Origin: Macrostomum lignano
Lineage: Eukaryota
Direction of reading: 5' to 3'
Assembly (NCBI GenBank): GCA_002269645.1
Contig: NIVC01000255.1
Span: forward strand, 682,001 to 746,000
Length of the DNA stretch: 64,000 bases
Position 1 is the stretch's first letter. Every line of letters starts with the position of its first letter. Positions 59,301-64,000 of this stretch are shown piece by piece. The notes below the pieces were generated by a model. That model saw only the letters and a list, made by a program, of their open reading frames with translations. It did no database searches and was not told where the DNA came from. The translations under genes and the position numbers were made by a program.

Positions 59301-62072
59301 CCACTCTCCCTCTCCCTCTTCCTGCCACTCTCCTCTTCCTGCCACTCTCCTCTTCCTGCCACTCTCCCTCTCTTTTCCTGCCACTCTCCCTCTCTTTTCC
59401 TGCCACTCTCCCTCTTCCTGCCACTCTCCCTCTCTTCCTGCCACTCTCCCTCTCCCTGTTCCTGCCACTCTCCCTCTCCCTGTTCCTGCCACTCTCCCTC
59501 TTCATCTTATCCCTCTTATTCATTTTTCCCACTCTCTCTCTCCAATTCGTGGAGATGCCTCCCCCTCTCGTCTCCAGTCTCCCTCCCACGCTCCTATTCT
59601 AATCCCGATTCCTAATATAATAATAATAACCTCTGAATGCGACTGAACCAGTGGCTACTGACTGTTGCGCCTCACGAGGGCGATAGCCGGCCTCAATTTT
59701 AGGCTGCGTTAACAGACAATCCAAGTCCCTGGGAGTTAGACACACATCTTCCACCAGTCGCTTAATAAAAGTGGAGTCGTAAATTGCAGTTGTCGTTTTC
59801 TAAAAATCGAACTCATGTCGAACAACCAAGAGACCAAGCCTTTTTTATTGCCTGCTATCTATCCACTGTCTTATGGATGCGATTTTAATGGAATAACGAT
59901 GTTACAATATGATTTAGATGATTACAGTAAAAAGTTATTAACTCAAGTAGGTAATGACTCTAACTCCACACTGCACTTGGTTTTCTTAGAAATGATCTGA
60001 AAGCCGGTAAACCAACGTATATCTGTCGTACCGCCAGTGCTGAATGGGGGTTTCGCTATTTCACTTGGCTTGATGCTTGTTAGGATAGAAAAAAACTTGA
60101 AGTTATCCGTGCATGTGGAAATTTCCAAGTGGAATTTTCCACGAATTCCAAGCAATGATTTATCGTGCGCTTGGTTTGGATAGCCTTCGCTTCAGATAAT
60201 ATTTACTAAAGTACGCGCTCTGTGGGCTCTAATTTTTCATCAGTCAGTCAGTCAGACAGGACGTTCGTGTGTTAAGGCTAACAAGGGTGAAGGAAGTTGA
60301 GGCCGAGGGTAAACCACCTTATCTCTTACCTAAAGGCTAAAAACGCTAAAATTAGAAACCAAGCCAGAGAGCCAAATCTTTCTAGGAAAAAATAATTTTA
60401 AAAAGTCAGTACGCTCGTACAACGTGCCTACTTTCCTAATATGGAAATTGCGTTTTTTCGCCTTCGCCCTGTTAAAAAACTAAAAGTAAGTTTAAGTAAG
60501 CCTCGTTGGTTTGGTTCGGGCGAACGAAATCATAATGCCGCACTGCGTCAGTCGAGATGGAAAGGGAGATAGACAGAGAAATTCGACACGAGGGTTAAAA
60601 TTACTGGCTCTAGCTAGCTAGATAGATTTCCACAAGTCTGACTTCACCTAGAAAGGGCACGAGGACCGTACAGACTACAGACCGTCTGCGAAAGCCCACA
60701 GGGACCCAGGAGAAAAATTCCATTCTTAGTTATTTTTAGACATTTTTGACTTTCCCTCCAAGTAAAAGTACAGATTTTCAAAAGTTTAAGTTTTTTATTC
60801 TGATCCGTAAACAATAATATTACTAATAGTACACGACGAACTATAAAACACAACTTAAAATCTAACCTTAACCTAACCTAAACAGAGTGCAGTCATGTCT
60901 ATAGAGTCAAAAAGAAACACGAGAAACGCATTGCGAGATTCAGTTAAAACAAATATAAAAGTTGGCTCCATAAGTCTAGATTGGAACTAGAACAAACGTT
61001 TTATGACGTATGAAACATTCGCCGACGGCGACACTTATTCAGACACTTCTACAGACACTTTAGTTTCTATCGTACGAATCGTAGGAACAAGCATTAAATT
61101 TAAAATTTGTTTATTCCTAACAAACTATCAGTAAACAGCTTTATTTTTAGCTTTCTTGCTTTATTTTATTAAATATGAATCATGAAATTTGTTATTCTGC
61201 ATAGATTCTCTTCACGTGAAGAAGAATGTTAAATTTGTCCAGGACACTTCCTAATTCATATTTAATAAAATAAAGCAAAAAAAGCTTAAAATAAAGCAGT
61301 TTACTGGTAGTTTGTAAGGAATAAACAAATTTAATGCTTGTTCCTACGATTCGTACGACAGAAACTAAAGTGTCTGTAGAAGTGTCTGAATAAGTGTCGG
61401 CGAATGTTTCATACGTGTTTTATGGGGTTGCTTTTTACAAGATCAAAACTTCTCATTGTGAAAATAGGTAACAATTTTTAAGACCTCTGGTCCTGGAAAT
61501 AAAAAACTACCTAGTGTGTTAATAGTTAAGAAAGCAAACTTTTGGATTTGTTTAAATTTCTGTACATTGTGAATCGTGATTTTGTGAACTCCGTTTAAAA
61601 ATATATTAGCATGGATTAACAAAAAACAAAAAGCCGAATGTAGGCTAGGTCTTCGAATTTCCATTGATTTTATCAGCAATTTGCTCATTTAATACCCCGT
61701 GCAATTTAATGTAATTTAATTATTTAATTTAACCTTCACTTTTACAATATGCAATTATCAATTATCGATTTTTATCGATTGATCAAAAAACACTCACCGA
61801 CTAAGAACCGAAGAGACAAAGAAGCCGAGCATAAAGGACAACGGCACTGAAGTTCGAATTGATCCAGTACTGCGAATAACAGCTTCAAATGTAATTCGCC
61901 TTGTAGGAGATAATAATTGATGATACATGACAGCTAAGCCGACGTAGGCCAATGCAAAGAAAAAAAAATCAACCCAGAGCAATTGCCAAACACTGCCGCT
62001 CCAGCGAAAGAGCAGTTTTAAAAAGAACAGCTTCTCTTTAGTGTAGATGTTGCTGGCGTAGCTCACCGCCAT
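53377..62072 (-). CDS. BEST: Bestrophin-family anion channel (divergent)
   Basis: Exons 62072-61798, 58663-58236, 56138-55827 and 54083-53377 join in frame (573 aa). Motifs: LLFRWSGSVW, VPLSFMLGFFV..VLSRWW, RYFNL, YWLPLGWA, IPLVYTQV..AVY, FYLGWFKIG..LMNPLG.D..D. Confidence 0.92.
54095..54350. repeat. TTTGGTCTGATTGGGATTTGGGATCT repeat in bestrophin intron 3
   Basis: Direct reading. Confidence 0.88.
54820..55794. mobile_element. Palindromic MITE (CA...TG ends, about 70-bp imperfect inverted arms, 8-bp TSD TTTACACG) carrying a nested insertion
   Basis: TTTACACG at 54812-54819 and 55795-55802. Left arm GCGCAACCTTGGGATTCACCCGGCCGTTTCTATTGGCAACACACAC matches the reverse complement of the right arm. 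Confidence 0.75.
54896..55698 (+). mobile_element. Non-autonomous PIF/Harbinger-like element nested in the MITE
   Basis: 14-bp TIR GGGTCTTTCTCGAA / TTCGAGAAAGACCC. CAG lies on both flanks (54893-95, 55699-701). An internal fragment at 55195-55263, MATKRQPNFSPGEKEKML, resembles the start of a Myb/SANT-like domain. Confidence 0.6.
56210..56985. repeat. About 22-bp minisatellite (TTCCCTTCATCTCACTATTAG[GT]) in bestrophin intron 2
   Basis: Direct reading. Confidence 0.93.
57420..58170. repeat. 27-bp minisatellite (GACGGACAAAGACTCAGAGACGTCCCA) with degenerate tail in bestrophin intron 2
   Basis: Perfect core to about 57840. Confidence 0.95.
58960..59510. repeat. CT-rich minisatellite (CTTCCTGCCACTCTCCCTCTCCCT) in bestrophin intron 1
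   Basis: Direct reading. Confidence 0.93.
61006..61416. mobile_element. Foldback MITE with about 175-bp inverted arms and 8-bp TSD GTTTTATG
   Basis: GTTTTATG at 60998-61005 and 61417-61424. Arms begin ACGTATGAAACATTCGCCGAC and end GTCGGCGAATGTTTCATACGT. The spacer is about 70 bp. Confidence 0.85.
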
Positions 62073-63049
62073 TTTTGTGTGAATTCGGTCCGGACAGGAT
62101 CGGTGGGAAAACTTTCTAACCAGCAACTTGCAAACTTAACTTGCAAACCGATAGTCGTAGCCTAGATACTTATACTATTGTCCTGCTGTTCCTGACTCTT
62201 ATAAAAGTAACTTTCCTTCATACAGCAAAACAAGTCAATACTGACGAAGGCCTGGGTGAGAACTGGAGTGCCCTATTGCAGAGGAAAGGAATTATAAACA
62301 GGATAGGATTCCCTTCCTCCAATGCTTTGTCCCTTCTCCCTCATTCCTTCCCCTCCCCCGATGGAGGAGGGCCGAGGGGGAAGGAGAGAGAAGGAAAAGG
62401 CGTTGTAGGCTGGAAAATTACTGGGGCTTTCCCCGATGTCCAAGGTCAAACAGATCTCGCCCAGTCTGTTCCTCCTTGGGCCAACACTGTACACACAAGA
62501 GGGTATGTACATTTAGCTCCCCCCAATTCGTCCCTCTCTCCCCCAAATCGCGGGGCCAAATGGCTTTATTGCTTCATTTTGTGCGGCAGAAACTGTACTG
62601 TGAACTTTGTCTCGACACGCACGAGTCCTCGTCTGCGACAGATTTTTATCCAAGACCAACACTTGTTTTTCTCCGTCGCAGACTCGCAATTCGCTAACTT
62701 ATTCCCGTTTAATAACACAAGTTCACCATAATGAGGCACAGCACAGGCAGGAATGATGTAGCTGGACGACCTTAGTGACAGCCTGACAGGGATTCTACTG
62801 CTTCTACCTGTATGTAGCGCATTAAAAGGTTGAAACTGATTTCAAATGTTGTGGATTTCTATCTAATGTTGTAGAATTCAAATGTTCATTATTTTTTGTC
62901 TCAGGGCGGCCCTCAACTTCATTTGTTTCTAATGCCGTGAATTCCTAATGCCAATTTCTAAGGCGATTCGCTCACTTATTAGACAAATTTTCAACTCTAA
63001 AATCACTCACAATAGGTACAGTTTTAGATGAGATTGTACAATTTTACTC

Positions 63050-63925
63050 TTGATTCTTGAGGATGATCTAGTGAGATTCTATGGATGATTCAGCATTCAG
63101 GGGAGATTCTCAGACTGGTTTAGGGGCGATTATTTTATTAGTTAAGCGGCGATTTTTTCATTAGGCCAGCTAGGGTTAGGGGCGATTCTGATTAGTTCAG
63201 AACGATTCTTTGATTACTTCAGGGGTGATTCTTTAATTACTTCAGGGGCGATTCTTTAATTAGTTCAAGCGATTCTTTGATTAGTTCAGGCGATTCTGAT
63301 TAGTTATGGGGCGATTCTTTGATTAGTTCTGGGCGATTCTTTGATTAGTTCTGGGGCGATTCTTTGATTAGTTCAGGCGATTCTGATTAGTTCTGGGGCG
63401 ATTTTTTGATTAGTTCAGGGGTGATTCTGATTAGTTCTGGGGCGATTCTTTGATTAGTTCAGGGGTGATTCTGATTAGTTCTGGGGCGATTCTTTGATTA
63501 GTTCAGGGATGATTCTGATTAGTTCTGGGGCGATTTTTTGATTAGTTCAGGCTTCAGGGGCGATTCTTTGATTAGTTCAGGCTTCAGGGGTGATTCTTTA
63601 ATTAGTTCAGGGGCGATTCTTTGATTAGTTCAGGCTTCAGGGGTGATTCTTTAATTAGTTCAGGGGCGATTCTTTGATTAGTTCAGGCTTCAGGGGTGAT
63701 TCTTTAATTAGTTCAGGGCGATTCTTTGATTAGTTCAGGCTTCAGGGGTGATTCTTTAATTAGTTCAGGGGCGATTCTTTGATTAGTTCAGGCTTCAGGG
63801 GTGATTCTTTAATTAGTTCAGGGGCGATTCTTTGATTAGTTCAGGGCGATTCTGATTAGTTCAGGGCGATTCTGATTAGTTCAGGGCGATTCTGATTAGT
63901 TCAGGGGCGAATTGCGGGGGCGATT
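63050..63925. repeat. GATTAGTTCAGGGGCGATTCT(TT)-type minisatellite upstream of bestrophin
   Basis: Direct reading. Confidence 0.92.
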
Positions 63926-64000
63926 AGTTCAGGTGCAGCTGTCCCACAAAGAACTCACAAAGTCAAAGCATGCCCTGAAATGTATGAGAAAATATCAGTT

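Noticed and set aside
1-62072. Functional cluster of ion-channel-related genes (CLCA, nAChR, bestrophin)
   Set aside because: Unrelated families interleaved with PGGT1B, RAR and NPF; adjacency in an animal genome is not evidence of a shared system.

Overview
Intron-rich animal genomic DNA, not prokaryotic. A free-living flatworm such as Macrostomum is my guess from the gene content and minisatellite-filled introns, but this is unverified. Six spliced protein-coding genes can be rebuilt by hand from GT-AG junctions and phase continuity: (1) a CLCA-family gene (minus, 8316 to beyond base 1); (2) a nicotinic acetylcholine receptor subunit (plus, 10704-18646, cut by an 804-N gap) with two alternative N-termini; (3) geranylgeranyltransferase-I beta, PGGT1B (plus, 32478-35277); (4) an RAR-like nuclear receptor (plus, 40269-44738); (5) an NPF/NPY neuropeptide precursor (minus, 48512-47406); (6) a divergent bestrophin (minus, 62072-53377). 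From 19451 to about 30420 lies a tandem array of 17 units of about 647 bp. Each unit looks like one intron plus one symmetric phase-1 exon encoding a Cys/poly-Ala/KRKRR module. Most introns carry their own minisatellite. Two TSD-flanked MITEs are present, one with a nested Harbinger-like element. Most long ORFs in the supplied track are repeat artefacts. Several 1-nt deletions in conserved exons look like long-read assembly errors.
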